From Felis catus (taxonomy: Eukaryota): 64,000 nt of DNA. The stretch covers positions 34,598,001 to 34,662,000 of the forward strand of contig NC_058368.1 in assembly GCF_018350175.1 (NCBI RefSeq). The letters run 5' to 3'. A program made the position numbers and the translations under genes. Position 1 is the stretch's first letter. Each line of letters starts with the position of its first letter. Positions 37,802-51,309 of this stretch are shown here, piece by piece. The notes beneath the pieces were generated by a model, which saw only the letters and a list, made by a program, of their open reading frames with translations, had not been told where the DNA came from and searched no databases.

Positions 37802-40051
37802 TATCTTGGTACCAAAACTGGAAAAGAATACCACAAGATAGAAAACTGCAAGCCATTATCTCTGACAAACATATATGCAAAAACCTCAGCAAGATATTAG
37901 CAAACCAAATTCAAGAACACATTAAGAGGATCATACATCATGATCAACTGGGATTTATTCCAGGGATGCAAGAATGGTTCAACATCTGCAAATCATTCAA
38001 TGTATACAACATGTTAACAAAATGAAGGATGAAAAATACGACTATCTCAATATATGCTGAAAAAGTACTTGACAAAATTCAATATACACTTATAATAAAA
38101 ACCCTCAAAACTGTGAATATAGGGTGACATACCTCACCATAATGAAGGCTCTATATGAGAAGCCCACAGATAACATCATACTCAACATGGGAAAGCTGAG
38201 AGCCTTTACTCTAAGATCAGGAATAAGACAAAGATGTCTACTCTTTCCATTTTTATTGAACATAGCATTGGAAGTCCTAGCCAGAGCAATTAAGCAACGA
38301 AAAGAAATAAAAGGCATCCATATCGAGAAAAAGAAGTAAAATGGTTACTCTTTGAAGATGACATTTTATTATAGAGAGAGAGAGCCCTAAAGACTCCATA
38401 AAAAAAACATTAGAATTAATAAATGAAGTTGGGAAAGTTGCAGGACACAAAATCAATACATAAATATCTGTTGTACTTCTATACTAATAGTAAATTATTA
38501 GAGAAATAAAGAAAACAAGCCCATTTACAATTGTATCAGAAATAATAAAAATCTAGGAATAAATTAAATCAAGGAAGTGAAAGACCTGTTATATTAAAAA
38601 CTAAAAGACATTAATAAAAGAAATTGAAGAAGACACAAATAAATGGAAATATATTCCATGCTATGGGTTAGAAGAATCAATATTGCTAAAATGTCCATAC
38701 TACCCAAAGCAATCTACAGATTGCAATCCACATCAAAATTTCAAAAGCATTTTTCAAAGAAATAGAACATACAACTCTAAAATATGTATTATACCACAAA
38801 AAACCCTGAATAGCCAAATCAATTTTAAGAAAGAAAAATAAAGCTAAAGGCATCACACTCTCTGATTTCAAAGTTTATTACAAAGCTATAGTAATTAGAA
38901 CAGTATGGTATTCGCATAAGCACAGACACATAGATCAGTGAAACAGAGTAGAAAGCCCCCAAATAAACTCATATATATAGTCAATTAGTGTACAACAAAG
39001 GAGCTAAGAATATACAGTGGGGAAAGGACAGTCTCTTCAATAAATGATGTTGGAAAACTGGACAGCCTCATGCAAAAAAAAAAAAAAAAAAAAAAAGAAA
39101 ACTTGACTCCTATCCAATATCATGCACAAAATTTAACTCAAAATGAATTAAAGTCTTGAACATAACACCTGAAACCATTAAACTCCTAGAAGAAAACATA
39201 GGTGGTAAGCTCCTTGACATAGATATTGGCAATGACTTTTTTTTAATATGACACTAAAAGCAATGTCTATAAAAGCAAAAGGACTAATTCATACTAAAAA
39301 TCTTCTGTACAGCAAAGGAAACCCTCAACAAAATGAAAAGGTAACCTACTGAATCGGAGAAAACATTTGCAAATCATATATCTGATAAGGGGCTAATATA
39401 TAAAGAACTGATACATCTCAATAGGAAAAATCCAAACAATCTAATTTTTTTTAAATGGGCAAAATATCTGCAAAGACATTTTTCCCAGTAAGCTATACAG
39501 ATAGCCAACAGATACAGGAAAATATACTCAACATCATTAATGATCAGGGAAATGCAAATCAAAACCACAATGAGATATTACCTCATACCTGTTAGAATGG
39601 CTGTCATCAAAAAGACAAGAGATAACAAGTGTTGGTGAGGATGTGGAGAAAAGGGAACCTTTGTGCAATGTTAGTAGGAATGTCAATTGGCACATTTAAC
39701 ATGGAAAACAGTATGGAGGCTCTTTAAAAAATTAAAAATACAACTATCATATTATCCAGAAAATTACTCCTGGGTATGTATTTGGAGAAAACAAAAACAA
39801 ACACTACCTCAAAAAAATATATGCACCCCCATGTTCATTGTAGCATTGTTCACAATAGCCGAGATGTGGAAGAAATATAAGTGCCCACTGATAGAAGAAT
39901 GGACACAGACATTGTAATACAATGGGATATTATTCAGTTATAGAAAGAATAAAATCTTGCCTTTACAATAGCATGGAAGTACCTCAAGGGCATTATGCTA
40001 AGTGAAAGAAGCCAGACAGAGAAAGACAAATACCATATGATTTATCTTATA
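37802..40051 (+). mobile_element. 5'-truncated L1 (L1MA/L1_Carn-type): decayed ORF2 RT and C-terminus plus start of 3' UTR
   Basis: ORF 38124-38339 ([14 protein letters not shown]...[17 protein letters not shown]) matches L1 RT. The FADD motif is decayed to FEDD at 38351-38362. ORF 39687-39917 matches the ORF2 C-terminus. Many frameshifts and stops. Confidence 0.95.
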
Positions 40052-42368
40052 TAAGCATATCTTGGAGAGATATTGTAGCTTGGTTCCAGACTGAATAAAG
40101 ACACAAAACGTTAGTTAATGAAGTTTTTGGTTTCGCAGTATATGTAAAAGTTATACTTGGACTATACTGTAGTCTATTAAGTGTACAATAACATTATGTC
40201 TAAAAAACGTACATATCTTAATTTAAAAATATTTTATTGCTAAAAAATGCGAACCACCATCTTAGCTTTCAGCAAGTTGTAATATTTTTGCTGAGAGACG
40301 ATCTTGCCTCAATGTTGTTGGCTACTGACTGATCAGGGTGGTTTTTGCTGAAGGCTTGGGTGCCTGTGGGAATTTCTCACAATAAGACAATGATGGGGTT
40401 TGCTGCATTGATGATCAACTCTTCGTTTCATAAACAATTTCTCTGTAGCGTGTGATGCTGTTTGATGCCATTTTACCCACAGTAGGACTTCTTTCAAAAT
40501 TGGAGTCAATCCTTCTAAATCCAGCTGCTGCTTTATCACTAAGTTTATGTAATATTCTAAATCATTTGCTGTTATTTTAACAATCTTCACAGCATCTTTA
40601 CTAGGAGTAGTTTCCATATAACGAAACCATTTTCTTTGCTCATCCATAAGAAGCAATTTCTCATCCATTAAATTTTTATCATGAGATTGTAGCAATTCAC
40701 TCACATCTTCAGGCTCCATTTATAATTTCAGTTATACTGCTATTTCTGCAGTTACTTCCTCCAGTGAGGTCTTCAACCCCTCAAAGTCATCATGAGGTTT
40801 GAAATCAACTTCTTTCTAACTCTTGTGAATGATGATATTGGGACATGTTCCCATGAATCATTAATGTTTTTACTAGCATCTAGAATGTGAATCTTTTCCA
40901 GAAGTTTGAAAATATACTTTGCCAAAATCCATCAGAAGAATCACTGTCTATGGCAGCTATATTCTTACAAACTTTATTCTTAAATAATAAGACTTGAAGT
41001 AGAAATTACTCTTTCATCCATGGGCTGCAGAATGGATGTTGTGTTAGTGGCATAACAATAACAGTAATTTTGTTGTACATCTAAATTAGAATTCTCAGGT
41101 TACCAGGTGAGTTATCAATAAGCAGTTATATTTCAAAAAGCGTCTTTTTTCTTAGCAGTAAGTCTCAACAGTGGCTTAAAATAATCAGTAAACCATGCTG
41201 CAAATAGATAGGCTGTCATTCAGACTTCATCGTTCCATTTACAGGGCGTAGGCAGAGTAGAGTTAGCCTAATTCTTAAGGGCCCTAGGATTTTGGAATAG
41301 TCAATGAGCATTGGCTTCAATTTAGTCACCAGCTGCATTAGCCCCTAACAGGAGTCAGTCTGTCTTTTGAAGTTTTGAAGCCTTGAAGCCAGGCAATGAT
41401 TTCTCCTCTCTAGCTATGAAAGCCTTAGGTGGCATCTGTTTCCAATAGAAGCCTGCTTTGTCTACATTGGAAATTTGGCGTAGCCATCTTCACTATTAAT
41501 CTTAGCTAGATCCTCTGGATAACTTGTTGCAGCTTCTCCATCAACACTTGGTGCTTGGCCTTGTACTTTTATGTTATGGAGATGGCTTCTTTCCTTAAAC
41601 CTCATGTACCAGCCCCTTCTAGCTTCAAACTTTTCTTCTCCAGCTTCCTCACCTCTCATCCTTCATAAAATTGAAGAGAGTTAGGGCCTTGCTCTAGATT
41701 AGGCTTTGGTTTAAATGTATGTTGTGGCTGGTTTGATCTATTCAGACCACTAAAACTTTCTCTGTATCAGTAATAAGGCTGTTTCACTATCTCATCATTC
41801 AATGTCCATTCAAGTAGCACTTCTAATTTCCTTTAGGAACTTTTCTTTTACATTCACACATTGGCTAACTGGTTCAAGAAATCTAGCATTCAGCGTATCT
41901 TGGCTTTTGACATTCCTTTCTCACTAAGCTTAATCATTTCTAGCTTATGATTTAAAGTGAGAAACATGAAAATCTTCCTTTCACTTGAGCATTTAGAAGC
42001 CATTATAAGGGTATTAATTGGCTTAATTTCAATATGTTGTGTCTCACGAAACAGAGAAACTGAGGGAGAGGGAGAGAGACGGGAACACCTGGTCGCTGGA
42101 GCACTCAGAGCACACACAATATCAAAGTAACATCAAAGATCACTGATCACTAATCACAAAAACAAATTTAACAATAATAATGATGAAAAAGATTGAAATA
42201 TTGTGAAAGTTACCAATATGTGACATAGAGACACAAAATGAGGAAATGCTGTTGGAAAACTGGCACCTATAGACTTGAAAGTTGCTTTCCAGAGTTGTCT
42301 CAAACCTTCAATTTGTTAAAAAAATTAAATGCAATATCTGTGAAGCCAAATAAAACAAGGTATACCGA
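40052..42368 (-). mobile_element. Near full-length Tigger1 (TcMar-Tigger) DNA transposon with TA target duplication
   Basis: Ends taagcatatcttgg and aataaaacaaggtataccga resemble the CAGGCATACCTCG terminal repeat; TA at 40050-40051 and 42369-42370; transposase peptides on the minus strand. Confidence 0.93.
40250..42003 (-). pseudogene. Disrupted Tigger1 transposase (pogo/CENP-B-like HTH plus DDE)
   Basis: Fragments [69 protein letters not shown] and [31 protein letters not shown] lie in separate short ORFs. Confidence 0.92.
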
Positions 42369-42532
42369 TATGTAAAAAACAAATGAATAACAATGACAAC
42401 AACAGAAAATCCCCCAAAACTCCCTAAACCAAAAATAAAAAAAAAAACACAAACTCATGGATACAGAGAACAGACTTATTATTGCCAGAGGTGGGGGTGC
42501 GGATGGGAAAAATGGGTGAAGAGCTCAAAAGC

Positions 42533-42577
<45 letters not shown>
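42369..42577 (+). mobile_element. Continuation of the L1 3' UTR after Tigger1, ending in (TAAA)n
   Basis: aaactcatggatacagagaacagac...ttgccagaggtggggg...aaatgggtgaag continues the L1 from 40051. Confidence 0.85.
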
Positions 42578-42782
42578 AGAATTAAGTTTTACTTTCTTCC
42601 ATTTATATGTAGAGAGAAGTCGAGCTCTTTTTTAATTTGGATCAAATTTTTAAGTCTTCTCTTAGTTAGGTATAATCATTTACCTTCTTTAATAAGCAAC
42701 TAGAAAGATAAGCCTGTGATTATTCTCATCTCAAATTTCAAACTACTTGTTCTCAAGGGGGGGTTAATCCAGTCATCTTTAC

Positions 42783-43002
42783 TTTTAATTATTTTTTAAC
42801 GTTTATTTATTTTTGAGAGACAGAGAGAGACAGAGCACAAGCGGTGGAGGGGCAGAGAGAGAAGGAGACACAGGATCCTAATCAGGCTCCAGGCTCTGAC
42901 CTCTCAGCACAGAGCTCGATGTGGGGCTCCAACTCACAAACTCTGAGATCATGACCTGAGCCAAAGACGGCCGCTCAACCAACTGAGCCACCCAGGTGCC
43001 CC
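42783..43002 (-). mobile_element. SINEC (Fc-like)
   Basis: caggctccaggctctga...aactgagccacccaggtgcccc; degenerate TSD cagtcatctttact / cagtgatgtctact. Confidence 0.93.
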
Positions 43003-43639
43003 AGTGATGTCTACTCTTTACTGAGTACTACAAAAGTGGATCCTACCATCAATACTTGAAAGCGTCACCCTCCCCGCCATGCTCTTCATCAAGACTTTCC
43101 ATTTTCTTGGCAACAGAGCAACGGGCACCACTCCTTCAACAACCAGCTTCTGGAGAACACCAAAACTTACCTTGTCAGCTCTCATTTTCTAATACCCTAG
43201 TCATAAAATAAGGGTTTTGAACCATTCTAGCATGAAAGACAACATGATATTTCATAAATAGTTCGTTGCCCACCAATAAAATACAATTCAAAGAGAAATA
43301 AAAAAAGGAGAAAATAGTAAAGTACACTTGAGGTACTCACAGAATCCTGACCTGAGCCCCACAAGCTGAGTGCCCAGCAGGGCTCAACTCATTTTCACCT
43401 GAACATAAAATTTTTAAATCTCCATCAACAATATGCTATGGGTTTTTTCTTCCCCTTCTAATGAGAAGTATAAGTTCAATAAAAGTGGGATTTTTAAAAA
43501 CTTGCCACTTGACATTTTAAAAATATCACCTTGGTTAATTCTGACCTTAATGGTAAAATTAACAATGATGAGACTAACATAATTAGAGAAACAAAAATTA
43601 TCACCCTTGAGGACTTTTGCATCTCTTTCATTTTGCTAA

Positions 43640-43830
43640 AAGCTTTACAAGCACTATAACTTAACTGTCAGAACGGCTCCGTGAGATACATATTACTTCT
43701 CCCTTTTAGAGATGAAGAAACTGAGGTTCCGAGACGCTGAGTAAGCTGTCATATTTCTTAGTACACAGAGCCCAGCATTCCAACTCAGGTTTGTCTGAGA
43801 ACAAACTTCATGCCTCTGGCAACAGAGTGA
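43640..43830 (-). mobile_element. MIR
   Basis: cccttttagagatgaagaaactgaggttccgagac...gcattccaactcaggtttgtctga. Confidence 0.8.
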
Positions 43831-43954
43831 CATTGCCAATAAGTTCAAATCTTTCCTTAGTGTTTTACGATTTGCCAAATCCTTTTCTTTTTTTTTTAAT
43901 TGATGTATGTCACAATCTTACAAGTCAACTAGTAAATGCATTGTCAGCATGTCT

Positions 43955-45230
43955 TTTTATTTTTTATTTGTTTAAATTGTATTTCATTGTGACAATAACA
44001 CTTAGCATGAGATCTATACTCTCAACACATTTTTAAGTTTATATTACAGTATTGTTAACCATAGGCACACTACTGTTCAGTAGATCTCCAGGACTTATTT
44101 ATCTTGCATAATCAAGACTTCATGCCCTTAGTTAGCAACTCCTCATTTTCCCCTTCCTCAACTCCTGAAAACCAATATTCTACTTTCTGATTTTATGAGT
44201 GTGACTATTTTAGATACAGCACATAAATGCAATCATGTGATATTTGTCCTTCTGTGATTGTCCTCAAGGTTCATCCATGTTGTCACATATTGCAAGATTT
44301 CCTTCTTTCTAAAGGCTGAATAGTGTCCCATTGTATGTACATACCACATTTCTTTATTCATTCATCCACTGATAGACATTTAGGCGGTTCCCACATCTTG
44401 ACTATTGTGATAGTACTACAATGAACACTGGAGTGCTAATATCTCCTTGAGATCCTGATTTAAAATCTCTTGCATAGGGGTGCCTGGGTGGCTCAGTCAG
44501 TTAAGCATCTGAATCTTGATTTGGGCTCTGGTCGTGATCTCATGGTTCATGAATTTGAGACCTACGTCAGGCTCTATGCTGAGTGTGGAGCCTGCTTAAG
44601 ATTCTCTCTCTCTACCCCCCCTTCCCCACCCCCACCCCGCTTCCCTGCTTTCTCTCTCTCTCTCTCAAAACAAATAAACTTAAAAACACCAACAACAAAA
44701 TAAATCTTTTGCATAAATACTCAGGAGTGGATTACTGGATCATATGGTACTTCTGTTTTTAATTTTTTGAGGAAAATCTCTATACTGTTTTTCACTAGCA
44801 ACTGCAGTATTTTGCATTCCCACCAACAGTGTACAAATGTTCCAATTTCTCCACATCCTCACTAACACTTGCTGTCTTCTGGGTTTCTGTTTCTGTTGTT
44901 TGTTTGTTTGTTTATTTACAACAGCCATTCTAACAGGTGTAAGGTGATATCTCATTGTGGTTTTGATATTTATTTCTCTGATGATGAGTGACGTCGTGTA
45001 TCTTTTCATTGCCCATACATATGTCTTCTTTGAAGAAATGTCTATTCAAGTCTTTATCTCATTTTTTAATTGGGTCATTACTTGTTTTTGCTTTTGTTTG
45101 CTACTGAGTTGTAGGAATTTCTTACATATTTTGGAAATTAGCTCCTCTGATATATGATTTAAATATTTCTCACGTTCTTAGCTTGCCTTCTCACTCCACT
45201 GGTTGTTTTCTTTGCTGTTCAGAAACTTCA
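43955..45230 (-). mobile_element. L1MA-type (L1MA8-like) 3' end, interrupted by a SINEC
   Basis: aacacttagcatgagatcta...cagtattgttaaccataggcac...agatctccaggacttatt; ORF 44740-45009 (TSLIIREINIKTTMRYHLTPVRMA) is L1 ORF2 C-terminus. Confidence 0.92.
44477..44701 (+). mobile_element. SINEC inside L1, with TSD
   Basis: ggggtgcctgggtggctcagtcagttaagc head; TSD aaatct(c/t)ttgcata at 44463-44476 and 44702-44715. Confidence 0.95.
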
Positions 45231-48164
45231 AGAGAAAAGAAAACAAAGACTCTGGATGTGTAACTAATTTTCCCAATACCACAGAATTATAAAAAGACAG
45301 AATTAGAACTTAATTATTCTGAATAATCCATACTTGTTTGTATAAAATAAATCCATACACTTTATGAAAGGCTTTTTGGAAGTACCATATGAAATATTAA
45401 CTATTTTATAGAACTTTGAAACATAGACAAGAGTACTGGTATGAAATTCTGGTAATGAAGCCAAGAAGGAAATAGCAAAATGTGACAGGCCCTGTGGGCA
45501 ACATCTGCTTTTGTTTTATAAAGAACATTTTTTATGTGAAATTACTCTGGAAGAGGCTACTGGCATACTTATTCAAGTCAATTCCATACATAATATATAG
45601 TTTATGTCTGCCATCTGAGGAAAAGGAGCACCCAATAGTACCTTAATATGTCTACTGAATCTATCTGCTAAACGACATGGCCTATTTGTGGGTTGATTCA
45701 ACAATTTCAATTCTCACTGAGAGCTGCTGACACATAGATATTTGATATGATCTCCTATCTTCGTGGATTACATTAATAATATCTGGTGCTTTTTTTTTTC
45801 CATTCTTAACATATAAGGTTTAGCCCACTGCTTGGTAACTGAATGGAAAAAAAGAAATCATTTCTTACATGATAGTTCCGGTGACAGTATTTTGTATTCA
45901 ATAGAGTGATGGGTAATAAGGGAGTTCTATTCTCTTATTTTATTCAAGGTCAATAGATATAAGACAATAAGGAAAAATGGAAAAGGTTGATTAACATGAA
46001 TATTCATCAGATACATTGGAATTTTTATTTTATTTATGGAATAACCATATGCCCTCGTGTTTAACGTGACCGATGATATATCTTTTAGTATAATTATGAG
46101 GATATATTCTGTTCCTCATTCTGATTGCATAATACCAGGAAGCTTTTATTTGAATCAGTCCCAATAAAAATTTGGAATGACAACAATCCATTTAAAAACA
46201 ACCTGTTATCCTTCTTAAAGATAACACAATTATGTAATTTCGCTGTGCAGAAATAGTTCTTCTCTGTCTTAGAAAACATGAATGTTCTAATTACCCACTC
46301 ATATTGGTTCAAAGATTATTACAATTTTTAAATTGGATTCTTCCACAGAATATAGAGATTGGAAAATTATTTTCTGATTGAAGAATGTGAAAAGTCAATT
46401 TACTGACTTTATACTCTTCCTTCGATGTCTAAATATTTATAGTAATGTTGAACGATTCCAAATAAAGTACTTAATATTAACAGTGTTCAATGATTATGTA
46501 GAATTCTAGTCACTATAAAGTATTTAGAAATTGCAGGTATTTTGCACAGCATCACTATTAGATCAGTCAGTCAGTATCCAGGCCGCATCTTTATGCATCC
46601 CAGAAAAATAAAATAAATGGGGGAAGCCTGTCAGTGTAGTTTACCATGGTCTATCTTCAGAATAGATATGAATCTGCCATATCAAGCATGTGCAGTCTAT
46701 TCAGAGCTTTAAAACTGCTGCAGTTAGCAATACTGACTGATTTTGAAGTACTGTGATCTTTTACCCCTCAGTATGTACATAAGATATATAAGGTTTCCAT
46801 GATGAGATTCTGGAGGTGAGGGGACACCAAAAAATATGTCATCATACTCTGGTCTCTTGCAAAAATTTGTACTCAAGGTGAGCCTCCAACAAACGTAAGT
46901 TTAATGAATGAATAAATGTTATTAAGGCTACTTTTACATGGAGCGGCCAACTAAAATCATTTCTAGAAGCTCTAATTGAATCTGACAACCCCATCTTGTC
47001 TATACAAATTTGATCTAAAGGAATCAGAACATTTAGGCTTCACTGACATCATTGGCTCCATATTCTGTAAGCCAGTAAATATTTATGCTGAAATTGCACC
47101 TTTACACTGGAAGAACTGAGAAGATTATAGGAAAAAATACCAATATCTCTTTTAATTTAATACCAGTTGCACTTAACATGGTGCATCAACTGCCAACAGT
47201 AAGGGGTCACCGAGGCAGGAACTTTCCCAAATACTTTTTGCTTATGATTGTAATTAAGTGACTGTCACACCTTGTGACCAGTTCAAGGGTAGAAAAATAA
47301 AATTTTTAAAAAAGAAAGAAAATGATATGTAAGTAGATGAAGCAGAAGGAAGGAGAGGAGGAAAAAAATAGATAAAAGAAGGAATAAGCAGAGTAAAACT
47401 ACTATATATGTAGATGCGTTTTGGTGGAGTCCTGGTCACAGGTTAGGTATTATCCTTTTCAGATATGTCGTACAGAACCCTAGTAATCAGAGAAGGACAG
47501 AAAGAAGAGGATTAGCCAGAGGGGCGTATTTATGCCTCTTTACCCCATTTCTTCTTTCAAAAAGGTAGCTCTACCTTTATATATACTTTTATGATACTTC
47601 TATATATATTTCATATGAAGAAGGAGCTCTGCTACTTTAAAAATGTGTTATGCTTTTTGTTTTTTTACAATTTACCTTTCTAGGGAAGAAATAATAGGTA
47701 AAGAGTAAGGAGGTAAAGATTTAGGCAATCATCTCCATTCTATATGTGACACATCCTATGTTTCAGTCTGCAATCTACAACCCATTAGCTACAGAAAACA
47801 CATCTTCAGACATGGATTTTTTATGGTTCCCATTTGTATCTGCAAAATCATCTTTTATGTCCCCTGTTGAACTTTGACTTTTCCTAAAGTGGAAACCTCA
47901 TTTGTCTCCTGACATACTCTATAATTTCTCTTTTCCATAACCTAGCTCACCCATTCTCTTCCTTACCTAAAATACTCTTACGGAGATTTCTAACCTGCCT
48001 CCACATCCATCTTTCAAAGCCCTCTTCAAGTGGAAATGTATTTCAGTGCCTTTCTGGCAATTCCTATCTGGATGGAAAATTTTCCTTCTCTCTACTATAT
48101 ACTATACATATACTACACGTTATACATTTGCTTTTAGTTTTTGTTTAGATCAATTATAAAATTA

Positions 48165-48430
48165 GCAGCATAGTATATTGGTGAAAAGTGAATGTTTCAG
48201 GATTAGAACTTCTCAGCTCCAATCTCACTTTTGCCACTTGCTAGGTGTATGACCTGAGCTAGTTACTTAAGGCCCTTGGTACCTCAGATTCCTTAAATGC
48301 AAAATGAAAAGAAAAAATCCTAGTACACAGGCATTTTGTGAAATTTAAATAAAAGAAAACAGGAAAAATAGTACAGAAACAGCATTTTGTATACAGTGAG
48401 TGCTCTATGAAGCTGCTTATTAATATTATT
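48165..48430 (+). mobile_element. MIR
   Basis: tgccacttgctaggtgtatgacctgagctagttacttaa...cctcagattccttaaatgcaaaatg...tacagtgagtgctc. Confidence 0.8.
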
Positions 48431-48919
48431 GTTTTATGAATATGTGTTATTTCCCCCCAAATACAGCAAGAGCTTTATACAGGATGCTTTATTCTATTAT
48501 GTATACATTGCATAATATATCAAGTTGCTTAATATGGAATAGGTAAAGATGATTTTTTAATTGAGTTGAAATAAATTAAATTAGCATCTTCTTTAGAATT
48601 CGTCTGTAATAGAAGCTTGCAATTTTTTCCTCTTTCTTCTTGGTTTCCTGATATAGTTCCAACATTGGTGATTACATTTGGTTTATAACATTCCTGGTGT
48701 GCTGTAATTGGAAATGTTGTCTTCTTGTCTCCCAGAAGGGTAGAGAGAAGAGGAAGCATGCAATGATTCCACCCATAAGTGGCTACATTCCAGTGTGATG
48801 TAAAGGGAACTAATTCCCTTCACCCCTGCCTAGCAGAGCTCTGTGGAGGCAATACACACATCTTGTAAATGAAACTCTTCCCGAGGTGCCTTCATTTATC
48901 TCTCGGTGCAATAGGCACA

Positions 48920-49140
48920 GTGGCTAATATGCATTGGGAACTTACTATGCTCATGTCAGTATGATAGATCTCTCACGTGTATTTTATATTTACCCCTGCA
49001 ACAATGTTAAGAAAGGGTAGTATGATCATTCTCTTTTTTCCAGGTAAAACAATAAACTCAAAGAATTTATATGATATGTTCAAAGTGACACAGCTAATGA
49101 AATGGCAGAATTAGGACCTGAAGATAATTCTGACTCCAGA
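48920..49140 (-). mobile_element. MIR
   Basis: cttactatg...cctgcaacaat...tgttcaaagtgacacagctaatgaaatggcagaattagga...tctgactccaga. Confidence 0.7.
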
Positions 49141-50574
49141 GAATGCAGCTTTTTGTCAGAATGATTCTTTATAGACTAATATTAAGAGTCTTTCTTTAAG
49201 CTTCAATATCCATCTTTATTAAGAGAATGTTTTCAGTGACTTCTAGCTCAGATCCTTTATAGAGAACAAATTTTAGTGAGAAAAGCACTAAAGCACTTAA
49301 ACACTATCACAAGTGGATGGAAAAGTACATAAAGTATTATGGTAAAATAATAACAAACTATTAATTAAGAGCTGTGCTCTCCAGTATTCCTTTCAGTTCC
49401 TTGCTGTGGCTCACATTCATCCAAAGCTTTTGTATCATAATAAATGGAGTCTGAGATCCAAAAATATAAGCTCTGAAAGACTTAGCAGACAAAATTTATG
49501 CTATATTAAAAGCTTGCAAAAGCATACAAAAATGTCAGGTTACTACAATCAAGACTGGGCGAAATACTCTAGACTGGTTAAAGGATAAGGAATGGAGAAT
49601 CAGAGAGAAAAGAGAAGACATTTGAGTCGCTTAGTCTCCATGAAGAGGTCTTGTCCTTTGTCCACACTTGGTCCGGACAGAGATTCAATAAGGTGACTAT
49701 TAACTCAAAAGTTTAGATTGGTTTTGGGAACACATAGCAGAGAAGACTGCGATAACATAGACTCAGAGGAGCATCTTGGAAGCTGAAAAATCCCTCTTAA
49801 TTTTCACACAGGGAAGATGATGTAAATGTAGAAAAAAAATTAAGCCTGCATAATGATTTGGCCAAAAGACTTGAAACAGCTTTATAAGGTCTTCATGTGC
49901 TTCAGAGTATCATGGGGCACAGCAGAATATTTTGTCTTACTCCTAAGCAAAGGCATCTATGTTATAGAGTACTGTAAGCCAAGAGGAGGACTTTCATTCA
50001 TAACAGGCTTACTTAACACCCACCTCCATGGAATGAAATCCAAAATCCAGTGAAGAACAAGAAGGATGAGAAGATAACAGCACAGGATAACAAAGGGTCC
50101 AATTGCCAGCAATTTCCATAAAATACCACCACATCATCTTCTAAGGAACCCAGACATCACTCAACATAAGGGATAAGGTGGACCCTGAACTGAAAGTGGT
50201 CTAATACTGCCATCCCAAAGAAAGGAGGATTGTAACAGAAGCCTGATTTCAGATGCAGGAAATGGAGTTATATTTTGTGCATAATTGAGCTTATGATCTT
50301 AAATCCACAGCTATTCATAACTTTTTTAACTTCACTAGTCCAATTTAAACTAATATTTTCAGAAATATAATTTACTCAATTTGAATAAATTCATTTAAAA
50401 AACACCATAAAATGCATGCATAAATTGCATTAAGTGCTGATTCTATAACTTTGTACCTCTCCTATTATATATTCTAATTATAGCTTCTCTAGAAATGGAA
50501 ATCACTATGGATATTTCTACTGGGAATAACATAGCTTTTTCTTCATTGTCTACTCTTGGCTTAAAATCTTTTTC

Positions 50575-50853
50575 TTTTCTTTCTATCCTTCCTTCCTTCC
50601 TTCTTTCCTTCCTTCCTTCCTTCCTTCCTTCCTTCCTTCCTTCCTTCCTTCCTTCCTTCCTTCCTTTCAATTTGAGAGAGAGAGAGAGAGAGCACAAGCG
50701 AAGGTGAAAGCCAGAGGGATAGAGAGAGAATCTTAAGCAGGCTCCATGCTCAGCATGGAGTCTGAGGCAGGGCTAGATCCCATGACCCTGGGATCATAAC
50801 CTGAGCTGAAACCAAGAATGGGATGCTCAACCGACTGAGTCACCAACACACCC
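50575..50853 (-). mobile_element. SINEC with (CCTT)n-expanded tail
   Basis: (CCTT)n at ~50587-50665, gagaatcttaagcaggctccatgctcagcatggag body, head gagtcaccaacacacccc. Confidence 0.9.
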
Positions 50854-50854
50854 C

Positions 50855-51003
50855 AAATTGTAATTTTTATTTTTATTATTGTTTAAGTAGGCTCAGGCCC
50901 AGAGCAGAACCCAACATGGGGACTGAACACATGATTCTGAGATCAAGACCTGAGCTGAGACCATGAGTTGGATGTTTAACCGACTGAGCCACCCGAGCAC
51001 TCC
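50855..51003 (-). mobile_element. Short SINEC (Fc3-like, lacks CT-rich segment)
   Basis: taagtaggctc...gagatcaagacctgagctgaga...gactgagccacccgagcactcc. Confidence 0.85.
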
Positions 51004-51309
51004 AGCTTGAAATCATTTTCAAAGAATGTAATTAAAATATTGTAACCCTTATTGCATCTTCTTTAGAAAACGGCTGAAAAGCTTATATATTGTTACTGCT
51101 AGCAAATTTGTTTTAAAATTTTCTTTCACTCTTTCAATTCTCTCTCACCAGTCTCACAGATGTTCTAGTCTCTTTCCTTTCCAATGCAAACTTCTAAAAA
51201 CTACATGTTTTCCCTATGTTGACCAGAATGGCTTCTGACTCCTCCACCATCCATTTCAACTTTAGGATATGCCTTTTGGGCTTTCAACTAGCAATGCTTG
51301 CTCTTTACT

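Noticed and set aside
37802..40051. Possible active reverse transcriptase
   Set aside because: 5'-truncated, frameshifted, and the catalytic motif reads FEDD.
40250..42003. Possible TIGD1-like domesticated transposase gene
   Set aside because: Split into short ORFs by stops and frameshifts and still inside the transposon termini; a decayed copy.
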